IMG/VR virus record: IMGVR_UViG_3300043406_000041
Location: 1 to 48,919 of that record
Reading direction: 5' to 3' (one strand)
From: a virus
Lineage: Duplodnaviria > Caudoviricetes
DNA length: 48,919 nt
Shown here: piece after piece, positions 9,484-18,764 of the stretch
Position numbering within the stretch: the stretch's first letter is position 1
Layout of the letters: each line of letters opens with the position of its first letter
Made by a program: the position numbers and the translations under genes
The notes under the pieces: model-generated
Database searches by the model: none
What the model saw: only the letters and a program-made list of their open reading frames with translations
What the model was told of the DNA's origin: nothing

Positions 9484-11966
9484 GCTTTGAAGCGTGCATG
9501 GCGGAAATCAGGGGGCAGTTCGATGGGGCGCTGTCGGATGACGAAATCCTGGAGGTCCTGGAGGAGTTCAATGCGGTCGCCCGGGCCACGGCCGAGGCCC
9601 GGCCTTGGGCGAACATTCAGGAGGAGTTGTACGGCCACGCTGGGCGGCTCGCCAAGGAGGCCCGCGAGGCTGTTCTGATCCAGCGGCGCAACAAGGCGCT
9701 CAACCGGGTTGCCGAGGCCAACGCCCGCGCCATGCTCGACAAGCCGGAGTTCGCGGCCGACCCATACCGCGCGGTGATCGCGCTCGACGTGGGCTCGCTC
9801 GGCACGGCGCAGAGCGGCCGGCTGTCGGTGGCGGCGAAGTCGCAGGCGCTGGGCCGGCGGTGGATGGGCTCGCTGATCAACGCGCTCGACAAGGCCGAGT
9901 TGTCCAAGGTGGTGAGCAGCGGCGAGTTGGATGCGCCGATCGCGAAGGAGCTATGGGAGCTGGGCCGGCGCAAGGGCGGCAAGCCCGGCGTCAGCGGCAG
10001 CAAGGAGGCGTTGCAGGCGGCCAAGGTGATCCATCGGCTGCAAGAGGTGATGATCTCGCGGCTGAACCGCTCGGGCGCCTTCATTCGCCGGCTGCCGGGC
10101 TACATCGTGCGCCAGAGCCACGACCCGCTGCGGATTCGGAAGGCCGGGTTCACGGGCTGGTTCGCGGAAGCGTCGCAGCGGGTGGACGAGTTCCGCACCT
10201 GGGGCCGGTTCCTCGCCAACGACGAGCGGCGCGACCTTTACGGCAAGCTGTACGCCGAGCTGCAGTCGGGCTCGCACATGAAGCCGATCACCGAGGAGGA
10301 GCTGAGCGAGGCCGCGGGCTTCAAGGGCGGGATGAACCTCGCCAAGAAGCGCAGCGTGCACCGCGCCGTGCACTTCAAGTCGGCCGACGACTGGCTGTCC
10401 TACAACAAGCGGTTCGGCACCGGCGGCGTGATGGAGCTGCTGACGGGCTCGATCGTCAACAACGCCCGCGACGTGTCCCTGATGGAGACCTGGGGCACCA
10501 ACCCGGAGAAGATGCACGAGGGCTTCGTGCGGCTGGTCGACGAGCGGCTGAAGACGGCCGGCAAGAAGCTGGCCGATGAGCGGGTCGTGCTGCCGCCCAA
10601 GATTCTCTACGACGCGATCTCCGGCGGCATGAACCGCCCGGCCTCCGCCCGGCTATCGCAGCGCATGGTGTTCCTGCGCTCGACGCAGGTGTGGAGCAAG
10701 CTGGGCTCGGCCGTGATCTCGGCGTTCAGCGACAGCCCGGTCATGGCCGGCGAGCTGAAGCGGCACGGGGCCGGCGTGCTCGAGCGGACCTTGAAGCCGC
10801 TGGCGAACCTGGGCCAGCACCTTGCCAACGATGCCGATCGGCGGCGGCTGGCCAACATGCTGGGCGCCTACAGCGAGGGGGTGAGCGGCGACCTGTTCGG
10901 CCGGTTCGATATGGGCGACGGCAACCAGCTGCCGGGCATGGTCTCCTGGATGAACCGCAAGTTCTTCAAGGTCAGCGGCCTGAACCTGTGGACGGACGCG
11001 CACCGTTCCGGCGTGGCGCTCGCGATGTCGCACCATATGGCCGACCGGGTGAGCACGGCATTCGAGCAGCTGCCGGACGACTATCGGACCCTGCTGGGCG
11101 CCTACGGGATCGACGCTGCCGACTGGACCAAGATCGCGGGCACCGTCGAGGATCTGGACGGGCGTGGCCATGTGGTGCCGGCAAAGCTGGGGCTCGATGC
11201 GTTCGGCGACGTGGCGACGGCTGCCGGCCGTCGCGGTGCGCGCGCGGCCCGTGACCGCCTCGCCACCAAGTTGGAAACCTTCTTCTCCGACCGCATGGAT
11301 GCCGGAGTGCTCAATCCAGGAGTGCGGGAGAAGGCCATCCTGTTGCGCGGCACCCGGCCCGGCACCGTCGAGGGCGAGTTCCTGCGCGCGGTGGCTCAGT
11401 TCAAGAGCTTCCCGGCGGCGGTACTGTCGCGGGTCTGGGGCGAGCGGATCGCGGCTTCGGAGTATGGCGGGCTGGCGGCGGTGATCCTCGGGATGACCGT
11501 CATGGGCGGCGTCTCCGTGGTCACGCGCGACACACTCAAGGGTGTGGCGCCGGCCGACATGAGCGACCCACAACAGGCGGGCCAGTTCTTCCTCCGCGCG
11601 TTCCTGCAGGGCGGTGGCGCCGGCATCCTCGGCGACTTCGCGCTTGGCGAGTTCAACCGCTACGGCCGCTCGGCCACGGCTACGCTCGCTGGGCCACTGC
11701 TGGGCCAGGTCGATACGCTCGCCGGCCTGTGGGCGGCCGCGGTACGGGCGCGCGACAGCGAGGATGCAACCGACTTCGCGGCCAAGGCGCTGAAGGCGGC
11801 CTATTCCAACCTGCCAGGCGTCAATCTGTTCTACGCCCGCACGGCCCTGGACTATTTCTTGCTCTACTCGGCGCAGGAATGGCTCAACCCCGGCTACCTT
11901 CGCCGCATGGAGCGCCAGAGGGAGCGCGACACGGGGCAGAAGTTCATGCTATCCCCGAGCGGTTAG
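9480..11966 (+). CDS. Large internal virion protein (DNA transfer protein)
   Basis: Q.HD...I, R.VHFKSADDW..Y...FG, QFKSFP, QGGGAGILGDF and PGYLRRME motifs of BPP-1/epsilon15-type internal proteins. Confidence 0.8.
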   Translation: MSFEACMAEIRGQFDGALSDDEILEVLEEFNAVARATAEARPWANIQEELYGHAGRLAKEAREAVLIQRRNKALNRVAEANARAMLDKPEFAADPYRAVIALDVGSLGTAQSGRLSVAAKSQALGRRWMGSLINALDKAELSKVVSSGELDAPIAKELWELGRRKGGKPGVSGSKEALQAAKVIHRLQEVMISRLNRSGAFIRRLPGYIVRQSHDPLRIRKAGFTGWFAEASQRVDEFRTWGRFLANDERRDLYGKLYAELQSGSHMKPITEEELSEAAGFKGGMNLAKKRSVHRAVHFKSADDWLSYNKRFGTGGVMELLTGSIVNNARDVSLMETWGTNPEKMHEGFVRLVDERLKTAGKKLADERVVLPPKILYDAISGGMNRPASARLSQRMVFLRSTQVWSKLGSAVISAFSDSPVMAGELKRHGAGVLERTLKPLANLGQHLANDADRRRLANMLGAYSEGVSGDLFGRFDMGDGNQLPGMVSWMNRKFFKVSGLNLWTDAHRSGVALAMSHHMADRVSTAFEQLPDDYRTLLGAYGIDAADWTKIAGTVEDLDGRGHVVPAKLGLDAFGDVATAAGRRGARAARDRLATKLETFFSDRMDAGVLNPGVREKAILLRGTRPGTVEGEFLRAVAQFKSFPAAVLSRVWGERIAASEYGGLAAVILGMTVMGGVSVVTRDTLKGVAPADMSDPQQAGQFFLRAFLQGGGAGILGDFALGEFNRYGRSATATLAGPLLGQVDTLAGLWAAAVRARDSEDATDFAAKALKAAYSNLPGVNLFYARTALDYFLLYSAQEWLNPGYLRRMERQRERDTGQKFMLSPSG

Positions 11967-11992
11967 GGACCATTTCACCGTAGGATTTGACC

Positions 11993-12217
11993 ATGCGCAG
12001 CATAGCTCTAGTCACCCTCCTGATCCTCGCCGGCTGCACGCCGCGGATCGTCGCGCAGACGCCGGGCTCCATCGTGTTCGGCGATGTCGAGCGGGACATC
12101 AACTCGGGCCAGGTTTTCGAGATGGCGCAGGCGCACTGCCAGCAGAGCGGTCGCAACGCCAAGCTGGTGAGCGATCAGGCGCGCGACGGCTACCAGACTT
12201 ACGAGTGTATCGAATAG
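11993..12217 (+). CDS. Small lipoprotein (possible moron or superinfection exclusion protein)
   Basis: Signal peptide MRSIALVTLLILAG|C with a lipobox and two further Cys; AGGA RBS. Confidence 0.7.
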   Translation: MRSIALVTLLILAGCTPRIVAQTPGSIVFGDVERDINSGQVFEMAQAHCQQSGRNAKLVSDQARDGYQTYECIE

Positions 12218-12249
12218 CCTCGGGCTGACCTTCCCGGGCGGCATCTGCC

Positions 12250-12284
12250 GCCATTGTTAACCGGCTCCTCGGCCACCGCATAAT
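12250..12284 (+). promoter_or_regulatory. Putative late promoter, GCCATTGTTAAC-N17-CATAAT
   Basis: The motif recurs at 41540 and 47166 with the same spacing to a -10-like hexamer; upstream of the tailspike gene. Confidence 0.7.
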
Positions 12285-12310
12285 CGGCTGGCCACTGAGG
12301 AGCCTGCCGA

Positions 12311-14722
12311 GTGACCGTACCCAATCGCCCCGGCACGACCGGCCCGCTGCTGGGCAACGGCAGCAACAATCTCTGGCCGTTCGAGTTCTCGATCGCGAGC
12401 GCGTCGGAAATCCAGGTCATCCGCACGGCCGCCGCTGGCGCCGAGACGATCGTCGCCAGCAACCTCTATAGCGTGACCAACGACAATCCGGGCGGGACGG
12501 TCACCTACCCGCTCACCGCCGCGCGGGTGCCGGAAGGCGATACCATCACGATCCTGCTCAACCCGGCATTCGAACAGCCGTCCGATCTGACCCGCGAGGG
12601 CAATTACGACCCGACCGTGGTCGAGACGCGCCTGGACGGGCTCACCCGGCAGACCCAGGCCCTGAAGGTCAGCCAGGGGCGCAACCTGCGCTCGCCGCTG
12701 GGCTACGTCGTCGAGCCCGTTATCGGCGCCCCGGTCGACGGCGCCGGCCTCCGCTGGCAGCTCCTGAGCACGGGCTCGTGGGTCATCGTATCCGGCGAGC
12801 AGGCGGCGCGGGCACCCGCCGAGATGCGGATACTCTACGCCGACGATCTAGGACTCCTGGGCGACGGCACCGACGAACTCGCCACGATGAACGCCGCGTT
12901 CCTCGAGCTGGCCACGGCCGGCAAGGCGGTGATCGTCTACCTGCAGGCAGCGATCGGCTACTGGCCGCTGACGGGCCAGCTCATTGTCCGCTCGGGCATC
13001 AGCCTGTCCATGGGCTCGCCCTTCAAGGCGGGCAAGGACGGGCAGGTACTGATCAGCGGCAGCTACGCCACCGAGGGCGTCGGCGCCACGGTAAGCACGG
13101 CCACGGCCGCCGCGAACACGGTGATCCCGGTCACCGTCGAGAGCGGTGTGACCGTCTCCGGGCAGTTCGCGATCGGCGATCAGATCAGGCTCGGCTCGAT
13201 GCGGGTGCGGGTGACCGCGGTCGACGACGGCGCCCTGACGGTGACGGTGACTCCGGCCACCACTGCGGCCTTGGCGGTTGGCGCCACCCTGCGGCGGCTC
13301 AAGCACTCCTACTGCACCTCGAGCTGGACCCGACAGGACACGCCGGCGACCCTGGCCGTCGCGAGCGTGGCGCCGTTCCCGATCGGCGGCCTGGTGTGGA
13401 TCACCGACGACGAGGTGATCACCCACACGGATGGCGTCCAGACGGCCCTGTGCAACAGCGAGATGGCCAAGGTGCTGGGCTACAGCGGCAGCTCGCTGGT
13501 GCTCGACCGGCCGATCAAGCACGCGATGAGCACGACCAATTGGGCGCGCGCGGTGCTGATCGACCCGGTGGAATATGCCAGCGTCTCCGGCGCCACCGTC
13601 GAGTTCGTCGAGGCTCCCGACGACACTCAGGTCGACACTTTCGTGGTGCAGCTCGCGCAGGCATGTGCGCTGGTCAACTGCCGCATCCCGAACGAGGACG
13701 ATTTCGGCAGTCGTGGGCAGGGCTTCCGCTTCTTCCGCGCCTATGGCTGCACCAACGAAGGCTGCTTCATGGGGCCGCCGAAATACCTCGATGCCGGCGA
13801 GGGCTACGGCGTCGAGTTCCGCGAGAGCACGGCCTGCGAAAGCCGCAATTTCGAGGGCGTCGGCTGCCGCCATGTGATCGACTTCAACGCGGCCACCGAT
13901 TGCGTCGCCCGTGCGCCTCGCGGGCAGGCATGGGCCATCAACCTCATCTCATGGCACGGCATCAAGGAAATCGGTTGCTGGGCCTATGACGTGAAGGGCA
14001 CCGGCACGGGCGCGTCTGGGCAGCGCGGGCTCACGGCCGGCAACAATACCTGGCTCGGCGGCTGCTTCGAATGCGGCGCGGACGGCGGCGAGGTGACCGA
14101 TCTCGACGGCACCAACGGCCTCTGCATCTACGTCGCCACGCCGACCGACGATCTGACCGTCACGGGCATCACCTTCCGCCGGTTCACCGATGGCATCTAC
14201 TCGGCCAATATCGACGGGTTCGAGACGGTGGAAGCCGGCAAGGTCCGGATCGCCTGCGACTTCTACCGCGGCGCGCGCTGCGGGACCGTCGACATGGACA
14301 AGGAGGGCGGCACCGGCAAGCCGTTCAACCGGCTCGACCTCACCGGCTCGCGCTTCTTCGATTTCCTCGACGGGTTCAAGGCCGACAATCTCGACGTCAT
14401 CGTGCTCGACCGCACCGTGTTCGAGACCTTGCGCCACACGACCAACGCCTACGCTGTCGAGCTGATCAAGATCACCGACGCCTTCGTGAAGGACGCGGCT
14501 TTCGACGGCTGCCAGCGGGGCATTCTCTTCGGCGACACGCGGCTCGACCTCGTGAGCGCCGTCGTCCGCAACCCCGGCTCGACGACATGGCTGGTGGAAA
14601 GCTCCACCGGCGCGGTGGCCGGCTGCCGCGATGCCTACCTCGTGCATCCCGCCGGCTGGACGCCCAGCCGCACGGTCGCGACCAGCACGCTGACCGTCCT
14701 CTCACTGCCCGGAATGACCTGA
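12311..14722 (+). CDS. Tail fibre/tailspike with T7 gp17-like N-terminal anchor and beta-helix (pectate lyase-like) domain
   Basis: GNGS...WPFEFSI, FEQPSDL and E.RLD.LT..Q anchor motifs; GDGTDE followed by Cys/Gly-rich beta-helix repeats. GAGGAG RBS before GTG. Confidence 0.8.
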   Translation: MTVPNRPGTTGPLLGNGSNNLWPFEFSIASASEIQVIRTAAAGAETIVASNLYSVTNDNPGGTVTYPLTAARVPEGDTITILLNPAFEQPSDLTREGNYDPTVVETRLDGLTRQTQALKVSQGRNLRSPLGYVVEPVIGAPVDGAGLRWQLLSTGSWVIVSGEQAARAPAEMRILYADDLGLLGDGTDELATMNAAFLELATAGKAVIVYLQAAIGYWPLTGQLIVRSGISLSMGSPFKAGKDGQVLISGSYATEGVGATVSTATAAANTVIPVTVESGVTVSGQFAIGDQIRLGSMRVRVTAVDDGALTVTVTPATTAALAVGATLRRLKHSYCTSSWTRQDTPATLAVASVAPFPIGGLVWITDDEVITHTDGVQTALCNSEMAKVLGYSGSSLVLDRPIKHAMSTTNWARAVLIDPVEYASVSGATVEFVEAPDDTQVDTFVVQLAQACALVNCRIPNEDDFGSRGQGFRFFRAYGCTNEGCFMGPPKYLDAGEGYGVEFRESTACESRNFEGVGCRHVIDFNAATDCVARAPRGQAWAINLISWHGIKEIGCWAYDVKGTGTGASGQRGLTAGNNTWLGGCFECGADGGEVTDLDGTNGLCIYVATPTDDLTVTGITFRRFTDGIYSANIDGFETVEAGKVRIACDFYRGARCGTVDMDKEGGTGKPFNRLDLTGSRFFDFLDGFKADNLDVIVLDRTVFETLRHTTNAYAVELIKITDAFVKDAAFDGCQRGILFGDTRLDLVSAVVRNPGSTTWLVESSTGAVAGCRDAYLVHPAGWTPSRTVATSTLTVLSLPGMT

Positions 14723-15114
14723 TGGCCCAAGATTATGGCGACTACCTCGCAAACTACTGGCTGAACTACCTGCGGACCAGCAAGACAGTCTACGCGGCGC
14801 CCAGCACCACCTATCCGGCGCTGGACGGCTCCAACGTGACCGAGCCGGGCCAGAGCGACTATGTGCGCCCTTCCCTGGCGTGGAACACGGCGGCGGCGCG
14901 GGTGATGACCACCTCGGCCCTGGCCGACTTCATCAGCGGCGGCGGTGCTGCCAGCGGCTCGGCCGGGCCGTTCCCGCACGTGGCGTTCTACGATGCGGCC
15001 ACGAGCGGCAATTTCCTGGGTCGCTGCACCCTGACGGTGCCGCTGGCGTGGGTGTCGGGCAGCCAGGTGGAGATCGCGGCCGGCGATATCAGCTTCCGCT
15101 TCCCGAGCAGCTAA
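14722..15114 (+). CDS. Small fibre-associated structural protein
   Basis: Y.R..L.W, HVAFYDAATSGNFL and IAAGDI pattern, common in small phage proteins that precede fibre genes; TGATG coupling. Confidence 0.65.
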   Translation: MAQDYGDYLANYWLNYLRTSKTVYAAPSTTYPALDGSNVTEPGQSDYVRPSLAWNTAAARVMTTSALADFISGGGAASGSAGPFPHVAFYDAATSGNFLGRCTLTVPLAWVSGSQVEIAAGDISFRFPSS

Positions 15115-15115
15115 C

Positions 15116-17848
15116 ATGCTGGTGCTGCCCGTTCTCGGCGGCTTTGCCTGCATCCCGGCGACGCGGCCTGGTGGTGGCGGGACGGGCCAGCCGCCGCCAC
15201 GCTCCAAGGGCGAGGTGCGCGGCTATGGCCTGATCGACGCGACCGGGGTGGTGAGCGGGTCCAAGGCCCGTGTCGACGGCTACGGGCTGATCTCTGCCCG
15301 CGCTAGGCCGGTGGCGCGTGTCGACGGCTACGGGCTGGTGGACGGGACGGTGCGCACGCGGGCGCCAGTGGTGGGCTACGGCACCATCTCGGCCACCGTC
15401 GCAGCGGTGCCAGTGTTCACGAACGGCTTTCGGGCGCAGCTTGAGCTTCGGCTGCCGCTGTGGGCCTCGGGCGCGCCGAGCGTCACCAACTTCCTCCTGC
15501 CGGTCGTCGAGCAGCGCAACGACCTCAAGACGGTCGCGAACGGCGGCCTGGTGCAGTCCTCGAGCGGCTGGGACATCCGTTTCGAAACGGCCGGCGGCAC
15601 CAAGCTCGGCCACAAGATCGTCGCCTACGACGGCGCCACGGGCAAGCTGATCGCCCTGGTCAACTTCGCCTGGGCGATGGACGCGGCCCTGAGCCTGTTC
15701 TGCTACGTCGGCAAGGCGGGCCTGGGGGCCACGGAAGAGGATGCGACGGCCGCGCGCGCGGGCGGATGGCTGGCATGGTTCGCAGGCCCCTCCGGCACCG
15801 ATCTGACCGGCCAGGGCCGCACGCTGACGCCGACCAGCATCTCCGCAACGACCCTGGGCCTGTGGCCGGCCGCCGAGTTCGTCGAGCCAGGGCGGTTCAC
15901 GCAAGCCTCCTCGAGCTGGCTCAACGGCCTCGCGGCGATAACCTTCGTGAGCCTGCACCAGAGCGACACGACCAACGAGTTCCGCGAGCTCATGAACGTC
16001 TCGGTGGCCACCGCCGGCGAGCTCGGCCTGCGCTACAAGGACGCCGATCGCCGCATCGTTGCGAACGGGCAGTGGGGATCGAGCGGCTATCTGATCGAGA
16101 GCGCCAACGGGGCCGCGACCACGGCGGCTCAGGCGGTGGCGGTCTCGTTCGCGGCGGGCCAGACAGTGCAGATGGTGGTCGATGGCGTGCTGACGGTCCC
16201 GGCCGTCGCCCCGGGCACCCCGACCGGCACGCTGGCGATCACCGACACGCTGGAATGGGGCCGCGGCGAGCGCGGCAGCTTCAACAGCTGGGACGGGCGC
16301 GGGGCCTTCCTGGGCTTCTGCTCGACGCGGCTGCCTGCCATGCAGATGGCTGCCCTTACGGCGGCCCTGCTCGATCCTCGGCGCGTCTATGGCCTGGGCG
16401 AGGCTAACTATGTCACCGACAGCAACAAGAGCCCGGTGGCGCTGCCGGTGCGGGCTGCCGTCTCGGCTGGCGTCGCCACCGATATCAACGTCGCCGGGAG
16501 CGGCTACGACCAGAACGCAGATACCCTGTCGGTGACGGACGCTTCGGTCCTCACGGGCAGTGGCACGGTCTCGCTGCCGACCACCACGCAGGTGCGACTC
16601 ACCGCGAACACCGGCGTGGATCAGAGCCTCGTGATCGACTTCGGCCTGCGGGACGCCGGCAACAAGCGGAGCCGGGGGCGTCTTTTTGCGGCGTCGACGA
16701 TCGCGGCGGTGACCGCCAACCGCTCGGGCCTCGCCTGGAAGTCCGGCGTCTGCATGAGCGACAACCTGGGGAACTGGTTCGACCAGGCCGACGACGGCAG
16801 CGGCAACAACAGCTTCCGGGCATGGCGCGGCCGGCGCAACGACATCACCATCTGCTACACGGGCGGGCAGATTTGGGGCAAGGGCGACAGCGGCGCCTCG
16901 CTCAAGACCGCGACCGCCTATTGGACCGACATCAAGAACTCGAACAAGCTGAGCGACGGCAGTAATAGCGTCCAGGCATTCATGAACAACGGCGCGCACG
17001 TCGTCTATGCGCAGGCGATGCTGTCGCAGGCCGAGCGGGGAGACTTTGCCTCGATTGAGGCGGGCGACCGCGATGCGGATCATGTCATCTTGGCAACCAG
17101 GATCTTCAACTGGATCAACAGCAAGCCGGCGAGCTATCCGCGCCTTATCATGTGTTTCGGCCAGGAGTTCACGGTTCGCGGGTATCCGTGGGCGGTCCTG
17201 GAGAACACCGGGGCAGCGATCAACTATCGTCGCGCCTATAAGCGTGTTTGCCGGATTTACGACAAGATCATCAACTCTGGCACGAACCGTCGCGTCTGGT
17301 TCAGTTGGAACGGAACGTATTCGTGGACCGGGCTTGATCTGGCGACAGTGTTCCCCAATGCCACTGGTGACAGTGGCGGCACGGCGTATGAAGGCGAAAG
17401 CCTTGAAGGCTTCATGCCGCTCAACTACCTGACCGGCGACTTCTACGACAATTATAGCAACGGCTCGCCGTTTTCCAGCGACGCTGATTTCCAGACCTGG
17501 GCGGGAAACTACACGCTTACCGGCTCCAACGGGCCGACCCGTGGCCCGCGCGGGATGTGTCGCTGGGCTGAGAGTAAGGGGTTGGCCTTCGGTATTCCCG
17601 AGTGGTTCCCGTCGCGCAATTCAGGCGCCTCCCCGCCCGAGAACGTGAACTATACGTGGTACATCAACGGAATGTACCGAATGTTTACGGAAATGGCCGC
17701 GCGCACCTACGGCGGCCAAATGTTCGAGATCGGGTTCAATCAAACGCCTGACTTGCTCAAGCACCAGCTCTGGCCGCGCACGCAGGCCGTGACCAATCAG
17801 CTCGAGAACTGCTCAGACGAGTACCGGCGGCTGTGGCGGCCGGCATGA
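15116..17848 (+). CDS. Modular fibre protein: GYG repeats, DUF2341-like, LamG/ConA-like, Ig-like and C-terminal GH26-like glycoside hydrolase domains
   Basis: Four GYG(L/T)(I/V) repeats; GWDIRF...TKLGH.I..YD..TG.L; NKSPVA...D.NADTLSV (Ig-like); RSGLAWKSG...AWRGR, GQEF, DFYD and FGIPEW (GH26-like). Confidence 0.7.
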   Translation: MLVLPVLGGFACIPATRPGGGGTGQPPPRSKGEVRGYGLIDATGVVSGSKARVDGYGLISARARPVARVDGYGLVDGTVRTRAPVVGYGTISATVAAVPVFTNGFRAQLELRLPLWASGAPSVTNFLLPVVEQRNDLKTVANGGLVQSSSGWDIRFETAGGTKLGHKIVAYDGATGKLIALVNFAWAMDAALSLFCYVGKAGLGATEEDATAARAGGWLAWFAGPSGTDLTGQGRTLTPTSISATTLGLWPAAEFVEPGRFTQASSSWLNGLAAITFVSLHQSDTTNEFRELMNVSVATAGELGLRYKDADRRIVANGQWGSSGYLIESANGAATTAAQAVAVSFAAGQTVQMVVDGVLTVPAVAPGTPTGTLAITDTLEWGRGERGSFNSWDGRGAFLGFCSTRLPAMQMAALTAALLDPRRVYGLGEANYVTDSNKSPVALPVRAAVSAGVATDINVAGSGYDQNADTLSVTDASVLTGSGTVSLPTTTQVRLTANTGVDQSLVIDFGLRDAGNKRSRGRLFAASTIAAVTANRSGLAWKSGVCMSDNLGNWFDQADDGSGNNSFRAWRGRRNDITICYTGGQIWGKGDSGASLKTATAYWTDIKNSNKLSDGSNSVQAFMNNGAHVVYAQAMLSQAERGDFASIEAGDRDADHVILATRIFNWINSKPASYPRLIMCFGQEFTVRGYPWAVLENTGAAINYRRAYKRVCRIYDKIINSGTNRRVWFSWNGTYSWTGLDLATVFPNATGDSGGTAYEGESLEGFMPLNYLTGDFYDNYSNGSPFSSDADFQTWAGNYTLTGSNGPTRGPRGMCRWAESKGLAFGIPEWFPSRNSGASPPENVNYTWYINGMYRMFTEMAARTYGGQMFEIGFNQTPDLLKHQLWPRTQAVTNQLENCSDEYRRLWRPA

Positions 17849-17950
17849 TCATCCAATGAAGAGCATCCCCAGCCAGTACGCGAGGGAAAGCACGAGCACG
17901 ACCGCTACCAATAGTAGCCATGACGGGGGATTTGTTAGCCATTTGGGCAT
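17849..17950 (-). CDS. 33-aa single-TM peptide (MPKWLTNPPSWLLLVAVVLVLSLAYWLGMLFIG)
   Basis: Strong GAGGAG RBS 6 nt before ATG, TATACT -10-like box at 17993-17998 on the minus strand, and one hydrophobic helix. Confidence 0.6.
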   Translation of the reverse strand: MPKWLTNPPSWLLLVAVVLVLSLAYWLGMLFIG

Positions 17951-18002
17951 ATCGGGCTCCTCGCGGGTTGGGGCGAGGGCTGAGCAAGACGGAGTATAGC
18001 CG

Positions 18003-18527
18003 CTGTCCGCCGATCTTCCTAAGCCAAATGGGGGCTGGAATTGGGGCAGCCTGGGGCAGGCCGTCACGGCGGGTGTTGTCCTGATGCTGTTGGGTGGCGG
18101 CATCTATGCCCTGCAGGCCAGTGTGAAGCTCGATGTTCTGACGGTTGCAATTAAGAACCTCACCGAGGCCACCGATAAACAGATTATGGCCCTGCAGGTT
18201 TCGACCGCGGCGCAGATCAAGCAGGCCAATGATGCCAACGGCGAGCGGGCCAACGCTCTGTCCGCCCGCCTCACGGCCTACGAGGAAGGGCTGCGCGATG
18301 TGGTCATGCAGGCCACCAAGACGCAGGGCGAGGTTGTCGCCCTGCGGGACCGGATAGATGCTGCCGGCAAGCGCCGCGACGAGCAGGTGGACGATCTGCG
18401 CAAGCAGCTCGCGGACGTGACGAGCAAGCTCAATGCCGGCGAGATACGCGATGCGCGGATCGAGTCGCAGCTCGACCGAGTGCTGGATGTGCTCGCCTCG
18501 ACGCCGCAGCGGCAGCCACCGCGGTAG
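18003..18527 (+). CDS. Membrane-anchored coiled-coil protein, probable CTG start
   Basis: GGAG 8 nt upstream of an in-frame CTG at 18003 (in-frame TAG at 17997). This start completes the TM segment; the alternative start is ATG 18084. Confidence 0.6.
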   Translation: MSADLPKPNGGWNWGSLGQAVTAGVVLMLLGGGIYALQASVKLDVLTVAIKNLTEATDKQIMALQVSTAAQIKQANDANGERANALSARLTAYEEGLRDVVMQATKTQGEVVALRDRIDAAGKRRDEQVDDLRKQLADVTSKLNAGEIRDARIESQLDRVLDVLASTPQRQPPR

Positions 18528-18536
18528 GGCCTCTCC

Positions 18537-18764
18537 GTGTCACGCTGATGTCACGTCGATCACGTCCAGAGGCAGCCACAGAGAGCCACGCTGCCCTCCA
18601 TGGCTGCCGCTAAGTCCTTGAAAACTGGTGCCCGCTGCCGGACTCGAACCGGCACGCCCTTGCGGGCTCGGGATTTTAAGTCTTGTGCGTTTGCCCATTT
18701 GGGCCAGCAATTGCTGGGGTCTCGGCGCTCTGTGTCACGCTGGTGTCACGCTGGTGTCACGTCG
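18537..18764. promoter_or_regulatory. attP region with integrase arm-type repeats
   Basis: 11-bp direct repeats (G/A)TGTCACG(CT/TC)G at 18537, 18548, 18732, 18743 and 18754 flank the tRNA core. IHF-like TTTCAAGGACTTA on the minus strand at 18611-18623. Confidence 0.85.
18626..18682 (-). pseudogene. 3' half of tRNA-Leu(UAA), attP core
   Basis: Minus strand GACTTAAAATCCCG-AGCCCGCAAGGGC-GTGCCGGTTCGAGTCCGGC-AGCGGGCACCA gives a TAA anticodon loop, long variable arm, T-arm and CCA. The upstream 5' half cannot form the acceptor stem. Confidence 0.88.

Noticed and set aside
12311-17848. Diversity-generating retroelement as in BPP-1
   Set aside because: No reverse transcriptase or Avd-like ORF was recognised, and I saw no TR/VR repeat pair differing at adenines. 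A self-alignment would confirm this.
18626-18712. Intact functional tRNA-Leu gene
   Set aside because: The 5' side cannot form the acceptor stem and the anticodon stem is mismatched (CAAGA/TCCCG), so it is treated as the attP core.
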